Positions 26,996 through 41,155 of a DNA stretch of 64,000 nucleotides are shown here, piece after piece. The stretch is from positions 105,896,001-105,960,000 of the forward strand of contig OZ024745.1 in NCBI GenBank assembly GCA_964016885.1, in the 5' to 3' direction. Position numbers and translations under genes: made by a program. Each line of letters begins with the position of its first letter. Position 1 is the stretch's first letter. This DNA comes from Eledone cirrhosa. Taxonomy: Eukaryota. The notes under the pieces are model-generated. The model did no database searches and was not told where the DNA came from. It worked only from the letters and a program-made list of their open reading frames with translations.

Positions 26996-29226
26996 ATAGG
27001 AGTTAGTATTTTGTTCTTTTTAATGAAAACTATCATTGAGCCGTTATATTTTTCTACTTTTATTCATTTAAACTGCATTGATACACAACTCTTTTACTTA
27101 CACACTATTTCTTAATGCACACGACCTTTCGGAAGATAAAGCACTATGTTTAAGTGTCTACTCACACATAAACGTATATGCGAAGTTATGCACAAAGTTA
27201 CATATATTCAAAAATCCTTTGGGAAATGTGACGTATTTCATTATCTTTGATAATCTTAAAATTCCATATTACTGAACGTATTGTTGATTATCTCAAAAAA
27301 ATTTCTGTGAGAGTATCTGAAGATAAGCATAGTTTATATAAGAGTGCTATGATAGCAATGTGTAATGCAGAAATTAAATGAATGTGATTCAGATACTTAT
27401 AGAACAGCTATTGCATGAGAGAATACGAATTGACGTAAGTGATAAAGTCTCTTAGCAAGTATGACGATTTAAACATCTACTTTTAGTTAAGTGGTTGGCA
27501 TTTGTGAATTGAGACTTGCGTAATAGGTAACAGGCTTACTCTAACGCACAATATTTTTTTCCTATATTTATAAATTGTATACAAAATAATTTTCATTCAT
27601 TTAATTGATATTGGGGGCACAGTATCACCCATCGTATTTACACGATATTCTTCATGCTGGGTGTTACTTAGCCCACATTCAATCCCGACTGTGCAGACCT
27701 AATTGGAATAGAATGAACCTGCTTTGAATACGACGGGGAGTGTACCTGTTATTCGATCAAGGGTACAGCCCGCCAGGAAACTAACGCGAAAGTGACTGAG
27801 CATTCGGCTAATGCGAGTACTATTAACGTAATCCTCAGCGATGTTCACCAAGATACACTGTGTGATAAAGCTAGCCCGTTGAATTACAGGTACATTCCAT
27901 CCGACGGTCATTCGAACAGTTTCCACCTACCTAAACTTCCCTCAAACGTGATGGAAAACACACAACGTTGCAAAAGGTCATACCGTAAAGTTGGAGCTAT
28001 GTCAAGCTGGGTGTAGCGGGTTAACCAGATTCAAATCTAAAAGAAAAAATTACAACTGATAGTGGCATGTGAACCCATATCGCTCAATGATAAAATATGT
28101 GGGGCATTGGATTGGATATGCTGTTTGCTACCCCCACAGAAGGGATAATTCCACTCCCTAGCTACGAATTTATCTTTTTGCGACCAAAGGTTGGTAGAGG
28201 TCAGTGTGCCGTAGGTGCTGTCCTAATAGCCATTCGATTGCCCATAAACCTCAAATAAATCTAGGAAAAAAATCATACTAAGGGTCTATAGAATTAAAGG
28301 AGGGAATTGGTTCGTAGCTGGTTGGATTTGTTGTTAAGTCATATAGCTTAGTTATTATATGGTCGTACTCATATAACTAAGGATCGATTCGCGAGTGAGC
28401 GTTATGTATTTGAACACGGCACTTTATTTCACTTTGCTGCAGTGCATTGAGCTGGTGTCAAGATCTAGGGCAACGTTACCATAGTGTAAAGGGGAGACTG
28501 GCGTGCGTAGGCAACTTCTGTTCTCTCAGAAAACCTTGCCAAGTATGCGTCAAGGAGAAGAACATTCCATGTGAAATTAGAAAATGTTTCGCTACTTGTT
28601 CTAGCAGATCTAGTGAGCGCCTGAAAACTCATCATTTTAATTGTTAGAGATTGCCAAATGTGTCTCTACTTTATAAACAGTTGAACTAAAACAAAATATC
28701 AAATATTGGAAATTTTTAATGTAAAACAGCAAATACAAACAAATAATTCGATAAAGATATATATAGGATAAAATAGATATATTCTAAAGCGTTTTTTTTT
28801 TCTCAATTGCATTGTTTGCAGAAAAAACACAATCTTTATAGAAAAATTGAATATTTCTCCATCAATCTGATATTTTTTTAAATATGATGAGAGGGAAAGC
28901 GACAACGATGGCGAGGATGATGATGTTAGATGCGCTGGTGGTGCTTTTGGTAATAGGGGTGGGGGGTGATTCTCATAATTATGATTTTAATAGTGTTGTT
29001 AGTGAAACTTTTGCTGGTACCAGTATTGTTGGTGGCGGTGGGATTATCGTTCGATTAATGCATTTCGATAATATGTGTCCACATAACTAGAAACATATCA
29101 AAGACCTTTCGAAAAGGTTAGGTTTCTAGGAAACTTTAATAAACAAACTGAGCATTTTGTATAACTATTTCTGCCACAAAATATGCTTACACATAAGCAC
29201 ACAAACGCACACACACACACACACAA

Positions 29227-29297
<71 letters not shown>

Positions 29298-29381
29298 TGC
29301 ACACGTATAGGAATATATTGGGAGAGTGAGAAAGAAAAATAAAGCGATGTGTGGGTTGATATCGAAAACACAATTGGCAAG

Positions 29382-29419
<38 letters not shown>

Positions 29420-29541
29420 ATGTGTGTGTGCGTGTATATACATATATAGACACACACATAAACACACACACACATATATATATATATACATATATATATA
29501 TTTATATATATATATAGATACATATATATATATACATATAT

Positions 29542-29636
<95 letters not shown>

Positions 29637-29686
29637 CACATATATATATAGTAATAATGATAAATTTGAAAACTAAAATCCCACAG

Positions 29687-29756
<70 letters not shown>

Positions 29757-29760
<4 letters not shown>

Positions 29761-29923
29761 ATAATAATAAATTTGAAGACTAAAATCCAAAGAGGGCTTG
29801 ATAAGGATGAATATATATTAAACCGTAGAGCAAATATTTATTAAAATAACAGATTAAAGTTTAAGCAAAGAATCGCTGCTTTCACCCTTAACGGGATCTT
29901 CTGAAACTAAAAATGTCAATCTC
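29757..29923 (-). mobile_element. Solo PLE terminus, family B
   Basis: Reverse complement of 16095-16250; a short tail duplicate lies at 29650-29682. Confidence 0.8.
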
Positions 29924-29957
<34 letters not shown>

Positions 29958-30344
29958 CACATATACATGTCTAATTTATTACGGCATCAGAATATGACGC
30001 AATTCAATAGACGACATCATGTGAGGGCATAAACATATTAATTTTAGCTAGGTAATCGTTACTGAGGCTCCACAAATACAAAAGGATAAACAAAGAATTT
30101 ATGAATTGATGATACGGAGTCAGTCGAAACCTGCGTAGTACAACGGTGTATAATCAAATTACACTGAATTTCTGTTCATAGTTGTTTTGTTTATAGGACT
30201 GTAATCAAAATAATAAATATTGTGCCATGCATGCTTTAAGAAAAAAGGAAAAGAAAAAGAAAAGTGAAGAATGGTGTGGTGTATGAAATAAGTGAGATGT
30301 AGATTAAAGAACTGTAAAATACATATGAAATAATTGTTTATACA

Positions 30345-30516
30345 TTTTGCACAAGGCCAGCAATTATCCCTGTGTATTACTAGTACTTTATTTTATCGAC
30401 CCTGTAAGGATGAAAGGCAAAGTTAACCTCGGCGGGATTTGAACTCAGATAGTAAAGGGCCGTAACTCTTTGCTGCAAAACTTGGCGTCAGACCCTCTAC
30501 CGATACTGCCAATCCA
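30345..30516 (-). mobile_element. tRNA-derived SINE
   Basis: Family match. Confidence 0.88.
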
Positions 30517-30811
30517 TAATAAAAATATATTAGGGATAAATTGGTATAAAAATTTGGAGGAGAAATTTATGGTAAGTTATGCAACAATAAAAGAAGAGAT
30601 TTTCAGATATTTTCCATGATATATATATATATATATATATATATCCTTTACATTGAATAGTCTCACTACCGGATACGTTGTTTTGTGACCAAATACTCCC
30701 AATCAGCAGACCGTGTTGTTATATACATAATACACTCAATGTCATGTGTATTTCCACTCTAGATTCGGTATATTGCACTTGGTACTGGATCGGAATGTGT
30801 GTGTGGATCGG

Positions 30812-31210
30812 AGTGTGTGTGTGTGTGTGTGTGTCTGTGTGTGTGTGCGCGTGTGTGTGTATACCTATACATATATGTGTGTGTGGTTGTTTGAATGCTG
30901 GAGCTCCGTCACCTTCTAGGAAATATGTTTCGGTCATTTCCTTAACGGAACAGATGCAATATGTCTTGCTGAAGTGCAATATGTCTTGCTGAAGTACAAT
31001 ATGTCTTGCTGAGGTGCAATATGTCTTGCTGAAGTACACGTTAACCTGTGTAACACGCTTTTGTCACACACATAAAAAGGTCCCCCACAATACACATATA
31101 TATGCCATTGCAGAGTTTTCCCCAAAAATGTATACACGAAGGCTGTACATTGTAATAAGTATTGCTGTACAGTTAATCAAAGTGTGTATACATTTTTTGT
31201 GACAACCTAT
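30812..31210. repeat. Left arm of an old inverted duplication (contains a 20-bp x4 tandem repeat and a ~100-bp MITE)
   Basis: Reverse complement matches 34021-34420; caatatgtcttgctgaagtg x4 at ~30957-31037 on this arm only. Confidence 0.85.
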
Positions 31211-31447
31211 ATATATATATATATATATAGATTTTGAGTTTATGTTGGTTGTATACCAACACCTCAGTATGCAGGCTGGAGCACTCGACGGAGTGCTCAG
31301 GTTGGTTTGGTTACTCCAGAGTAGTGTAAAATATGACTCCAGTTCCCCAGTGAATTAACAACCCAACAAGGAACTGGGCATATCAGAGTATTGACAATAT
31401 CATGCACCTAAATAACATATGTACTTGTCTATACCATACTAATTCAA

Positions 31448-31500
31448 ACTGCCTGAAGGTCACAGCCAAAGATGGCTGTCACTGAAATATATATAGCAGT
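31448..31500 (+). ncRNA. Hammerhead motif family D, degenerate
   Basis: Near-identical to 26264-26318 with a 2-nt deletion. Confidence 0.6.
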
Positions 31501-31544
31501 AATAAACGAAGCTAAATTTTAATCATTTGACTTTTATTTAACTT

Positions 31545-31647
<103 letters not shown>

Positions 31648-31745
31648 TAAAAAAATAATGAATAAAACAAAGAAAGAGTTCTTCATACGGATTGGACACT
31701 ACCGTAAACTTTTGGTAGATTTATCTATATATATATATATATATA

Positions 31746-31814
<69 letters not shown>

Positions 31815-31826
31815 ATATATATATAT

Positions 31827-32815
31827 CGTTTCTGAATTTGTTTAGCAAGATTCTTTATCTGAAAACGTGTGTTGAAACTGATATTGTTATACTTTGGGAA
31901 GGTCATGTTGCCAATAAGAAACACACGCACCAGTTGCTTTCACTTCATTTTATTATAAATTAAATTTATAAATTTAGGAGTTTATAAATTTCCGGTTTGT
32001 TGGTTGGTTCCACAACCAGATGATTGTTCATATATTGTCAAAGTTCTTTCGTCACACATTCTGTGACCTCTTCAGTGACTGGGGATTCTTTTCTTTGTTT
32101 TTGTGCCTCTCCTTTGTTCTGTCCTACGCCATCTTGTTTTTGTGTGTGTTGTCTGCTTAGTTTGCGCATGTGTGACATCCGGGTGCCTGTGTGTGTTTAT
32201 ATTTGTTTATTTATTTGTTTATATACATGTTACTGGTTGGTTGTTTGTTCTATGTGTGTGGGTGTTTTCATTTTGTCCTTAATTGTAAGTTGTGATGTTG
32301 CTGTTCCATTCATGTTTTCTATTTAATTTTGGTTGGAGTTCATTTATGTTTATTGCCTCTGTGATTTGTCTAAACATTGCGTCTTTTACCAAAATTAAAT
32401 AGAAAACATGAATGGAATAGCAACACCATAACTTACAATTAAGGACAAAATGAAAACACACACAAACAACCAACCAGTAACATGTAAATAAACAAATAAA
32501 CAAATATAAACACACAGACACCCGGATGTAGCGCATGCGCAAAGTAGGCACACAACACACACAAAAACAAGATGGCGTAGGACAGAACAAAGGAGAGGCA
32601 CAAAAGCAAAGAAAAGAATCCCCAGTCACTGAATAGGTCAGAGAATGTGTGACGAAAGAACTTTGACAATATATGAACAAGCATCTGGTTGTGGAACCAA
32701 CTAACCAACCGGAAATTCCTAAATTCCTAAATTTATAAATTTAATTTATAATAAAATGAAGTGAAAGCATCTGGTGCGTGGGTTTCTTATTGGCAACATG
32801 ACCCTCCCAAAGTAT

Positions 32816-32822
<7 letters not shown>
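31827..32822. mobile_element. ~1-kb fold-back of two PLE 3' UTRs
   Basis: Arms ~31881-32330 / 32390-32822 homologous to 24489-24840 and 25820-26057. Centre encodes KDAMFRQITEAININELQPKLNRKHEWN on minus. ~54-nt tail on the left only. Confidence 0.92.
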
Positions 32823-32859
<37 letters not shown>

Positions 32860-33178
32860 CAAACCGGCCATTTATCGCTCGTATACAGGAAACTGACTGG
32901 CCAGTCTGCTAATATTTAAATCAGGCCGATCAGTCACTGTGTATTTTTGAAAATAGCATATATTTTCACTAGCTCTGACATTTGGGCAGGTGAACAGTGA
33001 GCTGTACTGATGAAGGGTGATACCCAGAAACATAGTTTTGCAGTTTTGTTCGCATGCCACTACAAGAGCAAGAATGAAGGCCTCATTCTACTGACATTGC
33101 TATCAAATTAAGGGTTGTTGGCATACTTGCAGACGAATCGAAAGTTATTATTAATATTCGCAAAACTGAGATTACATT

Positions 33179-33274
<96 letters not shown>

Positions 33275-33337
33275 TATATATATATATATATATATTACAA
33301 TATTAATAAATGGAAACTATATTTATAAAACCATATT

Positions 33338-33400
33338 TATTTCATTATATATTTTTCAAGGATACCAAGTTAAATCATGGTATGCCTTCATCAGACAAAA
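33338..33400 (-). ncRNA. Type I hammerhead motif (family C)
   Basis: ttttgt CTGATGA AGGcATACCA-loop-TGGTATCCTT GAAA aatata TA atgaaa. Confidence 0.78.
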
Positions 33401-33657
33401 TACAATATATAACAGTTTTACAAATAGATATTGACGTACTAGAACTTTTGCATATATATATAATATATATATATATATATAATTATTAATACAATAACAG
33501 AGATAGTTTAAAGCTAATCTCTGACTGGTAACCATCTCACTCAACAAACATTAGGTTATATTTTAATATAAACCCAATTTAAGTGTTTGGGGTGCTAACA
33601 ATATGTATTATGTGGAATAGCCAGTTGTATTATTTTATGAGATATAATTAAAGTTTA

Positions 33658-33700
<43 letters not shown>

Positions 33701-33822
33701 GTATATATAATATATATATATATTATATATATATGTATATATATATTATATATATATAATATATATATATATATAATATATATATAATATATATATAATA
33801 TATATAATATATATATATATAT

Positions 33823-33893
<71 letters not shown>

Positions 33894-33913
33894 TATATAT
33901 ATATATATATATA

Positions 33914-33987
<74 letters not shown>

Positions 33988-34020
33988 ATAATATATAATA
34001 TATAATATATATATATATAT

Positions 34021-34508
<488 letters not shown>

Positions 34509-34674
34509 GCCTCGATATAAATACCCCCTCCGCCTCCGTGGTATTTTCTTCGAGGTTGTAAGAGGCTTAGCTCTGTTTCTCGACCGTTATATCGCGTGAC
34601 TATCTCCCCCTCCGCCTTTTGGGATTCTTTCTCACGTCGTGTAGACGCGTTCTTGAGACTAGTAAAATGAGGTA

Positions 34675-34764
34675 TCCTCTTGATAAGTCGGCAGACCTCG
34701 CAAGGACTCTATATCTTTATGATATATTGTTTTTGTTTATGCCACGAAACTACGTAGTCGAGGA
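34675..34764 (+). ncRNA. Type I hammerhead, U3-A8 core variant
   Basis: tcctc TTGATAA gtcggca...tgccac GAAA CTACGTAG TC gagga; GUC cleavage triplet, palindromic stem III; lies within a PLE-like 3' end 34506-34957. Confidence 0.78.
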
Positions 34765-34994
34765 ATTTAGGAGCAGTTTAGGTATGATACATTTTATTAC
34801 TAATTATATCTAAATGTTTCTTCTCTCTTCATAATGTATTTTTAACTCTGATACTGGTTCAGTCTAGTTCAACTGAATTGGTCTGTCCCAGTCATTCATT
34901 GAGCAACATCGGTGAAGTTGGCACCCTTAACTCACAGTTGGGTGCGGATGCATTCATGTATATATGTGTGTGTCCGCATGTATCTGTGTGCTTC

Positions 34995-35028
<34 letters not shown>

Positions 35029-35038
<10 letters not shown>

Positions 35039-35233
35039 GAATAGCTTTCACCGTATTTTTGACTAAAGATACTAAAGATGAGTATTGACGTAAGTCAATA
35101 CTCATCTTTTTCCATTTATCTGAGGGTTCTAAACCCCATTATCAGTCTAAAATTCCTTTAGTCAAAAATACGGTGAAAGCTATTCTATTTTCTAATTTCA
35201 AACCTGCTCACTGTTTCAAAACATACTTACTTG
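35029..35233. mobile_element. Fold-back PLE-like terminus with internal 16-bp hairpin
   Basis: Arms 35029-35068 / 35157-35196; 3' half-core GAAA GC TA; inner hairpin aaagatgagtattgac-gtaa-gtcaatactcatcttt. Confidence 0.7.
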
Positions 35234-35315
35234 ATATATATATATATATATATATTCTATATATATTCTTTATATATATATATATAAAATATATATATAT
35301 ATATATATAAATATA

Positions 35316-35383
<68 letters not shown>

Positions 35384-35954
35384 ATATATATATATTATAT
35401 TATTTATAATGTATATAATATATATAATATATATATATGATATAATATTAATATATATAAATTATATAATATATATATATATATATAACTATTAACACCC
35501 AACATGTTGTATGTGTGGATGTGTGTGTGTGTCTGTGGAGGTGGGTGTGAGTGTAGGGCAAGCCAACCTACATAAGTCTCTTTATTTGTAAATTTTCTAC
35601 TCCAACCATAAATTTCAGTAGCACCACTCCACATAAATTTCTCAATTTAAGAATGACCTGTAGTATCTATCTCATACTATTAACCTTAATTGAATATATA
35701 TCTGACCAGGAATACCTTTTGTGAAAATCAGTCATATGGAACTATCGTCATCTTGCCTGACGGTTTGAACTTTACAAAACCACCTGCCTCTTTGAGGTCA
35801 AATACCAACCCTACTACCATCTACAAACTGACCAATGAGAATCAGGACTATTCCTGTTGACAACATTAATTTATTCCTAACAAGCTCATATGTCCGAAAG
35901 CTCTGATACCATCAACACTATAAACACAGAACTGGCATATCTAAGAACTGACTA

Positions 35955-36010
35955 GCTGCCTGATGAGGTCATATACATTCAATGGCTATCATCGAAATAT
36001 ATATAGCAGT
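35955..36010 (+). ncRNA. Type I hammerhead motif (family D-related, canonical core)
   Basis: gctgc CTGATGA ggtcat...atcatc GAAA (TA)n gcagt. Confidence 0.75.
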
Positions 36011-36051
36011 AAATGAAGGATTATAAGTTCATGCACTTGACTTATGTTTCG

Positions 36052-36082
<31 letters not shown>

Positions 36083-36084
36083 TC

Positions 36085-36441
36085 TAAAAAATAAACCAAA
36101 GAAGCCTTCAATACATCAAAAGTCTTTAATAGCCAACAATGTTTCGTCCTATTAAGGACTCATCAGGGCAAGTAAAGCTACAAGAAGCACTATCGGCCAA
36201 TACAAGCCAAAAACTCAGAAGAATATGGAGTATACATCTATTAAAGCTTAGGAAAGATATCAAGGAAAAGTTGGCTAAGATTAAGAGTGAGCAGTTACAA
36301 ACATTTGATGTATTGAAGGCTTCTTTGGTTTATTTTTTATAATTCTTCGGCTCTGTTTAATTACATTGAGCTATATCTTATACTGTCATTTCTATAATAT
36401 GAAGAGGGTGTTTAACTCCAACACACTCTAGTATTTTAATT

Positions 36442-36444
<3 letters not shown>
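36085..36444. mobile_element. Fold-back PLE terminus (family E)
   Basis: Arms 36086-36121 / 36304-36338; tail on the right; (TA)n on both sides. Confidence 0.8.
36131..36172 (-). ncRNA. Type I hammerhead motif
   Basis: gcc CTGATGA GTCCT-taat-AGGAC GAAA cattg TT ggc. Confidence 0.85.
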
Positions 36445-36521
<77 letters not shown>

Positions 36522-36632
36522 TAAAAGGAATTCCAACTTTGTCTGATTTACTCGTTTTATTTACAATCCTTTAAAATTTATAATGGTATTATAATGAAAT
36601 AGTATGGTAGAATATTAAATGTTAAGTGTTAA

Positions 36633-36672
36633 TTGAACAAGTACTTTCATGCTTTCGCAATCTTCAGGTTCA
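36633..36672 (-). ncRNA. Minimal type I hammerhead
   Basis: tgaac CTGAAGA ttgc-gaaa-gcat GAAA gtac TT gttca. Confidence 0.85.
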
Positions 36673-36758
36673 TAATGTGTGGTGACAGTCAAGTTTGCAA
36701 TTTTCAACTGTTGAAAATCCACAGTTGAAAATTGCAAACTTGACTGTCACCGCACATT

Positions 36759-36799
36759 TTGAACCTGAAGATTGCGTAAGCATGAAAGTACTTGTTCAA
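36759..36799 (+). ncRNA. Minimal type I hammerhead
   Basis: ttgaac CTGAAGA ttgc-gtaa-gcat GAAA gtac TT gttcaa. Confidence 0.88.
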
Positions 36800-36952
36800 T
36801 TAACACTTAACATTTAATATTCTACCATACTATTTCAATATATTACCATAATAAATTTTAAAGGATTGTAAATAAAACGAGTACATCAGACAAAGTTGGA
36901 ATTCCTTTTATTAATATAATCTTCTACTATACACAATCATACACACCCGTGT

Positions 36953-37102
<150 letters not shown>

Positions 37103-37205
37103 AATATCTATCTATATATATATATATATAAATATATATCTATATATATATATATATATAAATATATCTATATATATATATATAAATATATCTATATATA
37201 TATAT

Positions 37206-37240
<35 letters not shown>

Positions 37241-37248
37241 AATATATC

Positions 37249-37353
<105 letters not shown>

Positions 37354-37359
37354 CTATAT

Positions 37360-37395
<36 letters not shown>

Positions 37396-37410
37396 CTATA
37401 TATAAATATA

Positions 37411-37462
<52 letters not shown>

Positions 37463-37467
37463 TATAC

Positions 37468-37540
<73 letters not shown>

Positions 37541-39220
37541 TTGTTATATTTGGGGAGGGTCATATTTGCGTAATATTGCCAGAATTAATAACAGAACACA
37601 CTCACTGTTTGGTTGGTTTTCGCTTCTCGCTGTCTTTTATATCTGCGATCTAACTTACTCGGTCCTCAATGTTGCCATTGACTGACCGGCGGTCAAAAAT
37701 AATACAGATACAATATAGACACAAACACATATATATAGTTTACATAATTTACATAAATCTTTCGTTGCACATCTGCAACATCGTCAGTGGTGTTATATTC
37801 ATTGTTCCTCCTGTTGTGTTGTATGTCTACGCCATTTTTTTTGTTCAGTCTGTCTATATATTTATTTATTTACTTGCTTGTTTGTTTATCTTATTTTATT
37901 TTGTCTTCTTTGCGCATGCGTTTGCGTGTGTGTATAGTGTTATGTGTGATGTGTGACTAGTGTGTATAGTGTTGTGTCTCCTGGGTGACTAGTGTGTGTT
38001 TATGTGCTTGTTGTTATTGTGCTTGTGTATGTATTTATTTATCTTATTTTATTTAATTTTATTTACTTATTTATACTTCTCTTAGGTCAGTGTTGTTTGT
38101 TTGGGTGTTGTTGTTGTTCCACTCATTCTTTCTGTTTCGCTTTGGTCTTCTAATTTCTATTTCACTGGCCTCTCTGATTTGCCTATCTGCTGGGTCATTC
38201 CTATGTTTAGATATTATTCTAATTTCTATGTTGTCTATGTTACCGTCATGTTGTTGTCTAGCATGTTCGTATAGTACTGACCGGTTTTTTCGTCCTTTTA
38301 GTTCCCCCCAGTGTTGGTCTATCCTTTCACCTATGCTACGAGCTGTCTCACCTATGTATGTTGTTGTCATGTTTCTGCAAGTACCCTCTGTACATCTTAT
38401 GCTATAGACTACGTTTCTAGTTTTACAGTTTATCCGGGGGTTCACCTTACATATGATACATTTCCTATTGGTACAGTGGGTTTTCTTAAAAGGGTAGGTT
38501 TTGCTGATCAGGGATTTTATGGTGGTTCCTGGCTTTTCTACCACCTTTATTTTTAAGTGGGTCTTTCTCAGGGCCTTTCTACACTGGTTAGCTAATTTCC
38601 CTCCAGGGGTGGCGTCCACAAACATGACACTCTGATATCTCTGGTTGTCGTACCATGATGTGGCCTTCCCTATCTTATGTCTAGCCCTATCTAAGCTATT
38701 CCATGATTTGCTCCTGTATAGTGGGCAAATTCCTTTCATGTCCAGTTCTATGAGGGTCTTATACTTTTCCATGGCTCCTTCGTATACTCTGACTCTGTCT
38801 CTTTGGTTGTAGCCAGAGAACTGCATGCGGTTGATGAAGTGTTGGATGTGTCCTTCCATTTCTGTTGGGTCGCACATGCTGGACACATTCTTCATCACTC
38901 GTACCAAATCTGCGATCAGAATATTAAAGTTAGCACTACTGGACATTGCTGAGTTTTTGAGTATCAGGTATTTGGAGGCCATGGGTTTAGCATAGTGTGA
39001 GTGGAGAATTTGGGCTCTCTCGTCTATAGTGTTAATCCAGAGTTCTGTGTCTAATACAGGTAGTCTATTGTTAGGGTGTTTGGAAGGGAAGTCAACCAAA
39101 CAGTGAGTGTGTTCTGTTATTAATTCGGGCAATATTACGCAAATATGACCCTCCCCAAATATAACAATATCTGTTTCGACACACGATTTCATATAAAAAA
39201 CCTCACAAAACTATATATAA

Positions 39221-39225
<5 letters not shown>
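37541..39225 (-). mobile_element. 5'-truncated PLE bounded by ~75-bp inverted termini
   Basis: 37541-37615 is the reverse complement of 39094-39168; tail 39170-39225; (TA)n on both sides. Confidence 0.93.
38071..39096 (-). CDS. PLE polyprotein C-terminal ~340 aa (RT end/thumb, Cys linker, GIY-YIG endonuclease); 5'-truncated, uninterrupted
   Basis: LPVLD, HYAKPMAS, MQFSGY, CTNRKCIIC, CKTRNVVYSIRC..C..YIGETARSIGERIDQH, H..QQH, RQIREA, NRKNEW. The first 32 aa of the listed ORF come from the inverted terminus. Nematis-like clade is inference. Confidence 0.9.
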   Translation of the reverse strand, partial: VDFPSKHPNNRLPVLDTELWINTIDERAQILHSHYAKPMASKYLILKNSAMSSSANFNILIADLVRVMKNVSSMCDPTEMEGHIQHFINRMQFSGYNQRDRVRVYEGAMEKYKTLIELDMKGICPLYRSKSWNSLDRARHKIGKATSWYDNQRYQSVMFVDATPGGKLANQCRKALRKTHLKIKVVEKPGTTIKSLISKTYPFKKTHCTNRKCIICKVNPRINCKTRNVVYSIRCTEGTCRNMTTTYIGETARSIGERIDQHWGELKGRKNRSVLYEHARQQHDGNIDNIEIRIISKHRNDPADRQIREASEIEIRRPKRNRKNEWNNNNTQTNNTDLREV

Positions 39226-39297
<72 letters not shown>

Positions 39298-39502
39298 TAT
39301 GTATATATTCAGGTTTGAGGTTCACCACTGTATAGAGCTGGTCTATTCCGTATGGTCAATCGTAATGCAATAATATAGAGAGTACTCAACGTAAAGCAGT
39401 TCAACCGTCTTTGTTTTTGTAGTTGGTGGTGCTATTACGGAGTTAAATATTATAATGAAATGACAGGAGGCTGGATTTGTGTAAATCCTTGAAAGGTTTA
39501 TT

Positions 39503-39560
39503 ATACTATGATCATTTCAACGACCGGGTTCCGTATGAATCCGGTGATATCATCAGGTAT
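39503..39560 (-). ncRNA. Type I hammerhead motif (family G)
   Basis: atac CTGATGA ..accggattc-atacg-gaacccggt.. GAAA TGATCA TA gtat; within a probable PLE 3' UTR ~39310-40130. Confidence 0.82.
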
Positions 39561-40198
39561 TCGAAATATAATACGTGAATGTAATAGGTAAAATCCATGG
39601 GGCTGAAAATCGAGACCCGAGGGCGACCGCTATTCTGTTCCTTCAACCTCAGCCGGTCGCCCTGGAGTGACGTGGCTAAATTTTATAGTATGCTACTACC
39701 GGTCAGATGAACGAAAACAGAAAGGGATGGGAGCATAAGTTAACGTCGATCTCATGACACAAGGTAAAAGAAAGAAAGAAGGGAAGGCGAGAGAAGAAGG
39801 GGGAAGAAAGAAGAAGAGAAGCCAGGGTTAATGTCAGCTAAAAGAAAAAAGGCAACTACTACTGGTCAGATATAGGCAAGCAAGAGGGGGAAGGAAGGTA
39901 AGTCTGCGGGAGGAAGACAGGAGGAGGGGGGAAGAGAAGGAAGGGAAGAGAGAAGTAGAAAAGTAAGGGTTGATGGCTACAAGAAGGAAGATAGAAAGAA
40001 AGAGGAAGACAGGTCGATATTAATGTCAGACCACAGTCAAGCCAGGAGTGGCGCGAGAAAATTTTCACAGGGACCCGCATCTTAGCAGAGGTGAATATAT
40101 TGGGAGTCAGTGTGTTACAGTGTTTAGACTTCTAGGATGAAGTTAAAAAAATTCATAATCAATATTCAATATTAAAGAGGTTAGAAAATTTAAAGTTC

Positions 40199-40257
<59 letters not shown>

Positions 40258-40262
<5 letters not shown>

Positions 40263-41155
40263 AAGAATTCATATCTAGTAACATATATATACATACAGAT
40301 GCATATCAATGCTAGCAAATATATGGGTTTTGTCTTAATAACAGCGTGGTTCAATGCATGGGGTTGCAGAACAATAATATAATAGACGTAAAATAAGAAA
40401 ATTATAAAATTAACTTACTTACTAAAATATCACTTCCAACTAATTAGTTTCTGGAATGAAGTAAATATATTTTCAGAAGAATAATATGGAGAAGCATTCC
40501 GTCGTCAGGAAAGTATATTCTCATGTAAGTTTCCAGGCAAAGCGAGGACACTGGAAACTTATTAAAAAATAATTCAGTGGATGGGAAATAGCAAAGCCTG
40601 GACTGAATTCCAAGCCATTGAGAAAATCACTGCCTCTACGTCTGTGGCAAATTCAAAAAGAATCGAACACGTGACATCGAGGTCAATCAGTGGAAAGTGG
40701 TTTGCTAATAAGACAGCGGCCTGCCTACAACCGTAGCAGCAGTCATGGCCAATATTGCTCGACAAATAATTTGGAGATAATAATAAAGAATTCATATCTA
40801 GTAACATATATATACATACAGATGCATATCAATGCTAGCAAATATATAGGTTTTGTCTTAATAACAGTGTGCTTCAATGCAAGGGGTTGCAGAACAATAA
40901 TATAAGAGACGTAAAATAAGAAAATTATAAAATTAACTTACTTACTAAAATATCACTTCCAACTAATTAGTTTCTGGAATGGAGTAAATATATTTTCCGA
41001 AGAATAATAAAGAGAAGCATTCCATCGTCAGGAAAGTCTATTCTCATGTAAGTCTATATTATTCTTCGGAAAATATATTTACTCCATTCCAGAAACTAAT
41101 TAGTTGGAAGTGATATTTTAGTAAGTTAATTTTATAATTTTCTTATTTTACGTCT

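Larger units (their letters stand above)
36515..36950. mobile_element. Fold-back PLE terminus, ~195-bp arms (family F)
   Basis: Arms ~36515-36711 / 36721-36918, 9-nt loop, ~30-nt tail on the right. Confidence 0.92.

Noticed and set aside
31859-31890. Antisense hammerhead-like ctgaaaa..gaaac in the PLE tail
   Set aside because: C3/A8 mismatch, no convincing stems, and the sister copy at ~39175-39195 does not keep the core.
37541-39168. DNA transposon with 75-bp TIRs
   Set aside because: The internal ORF is RT/GIY-YIG; the inverted ends are PLE 3' termini.
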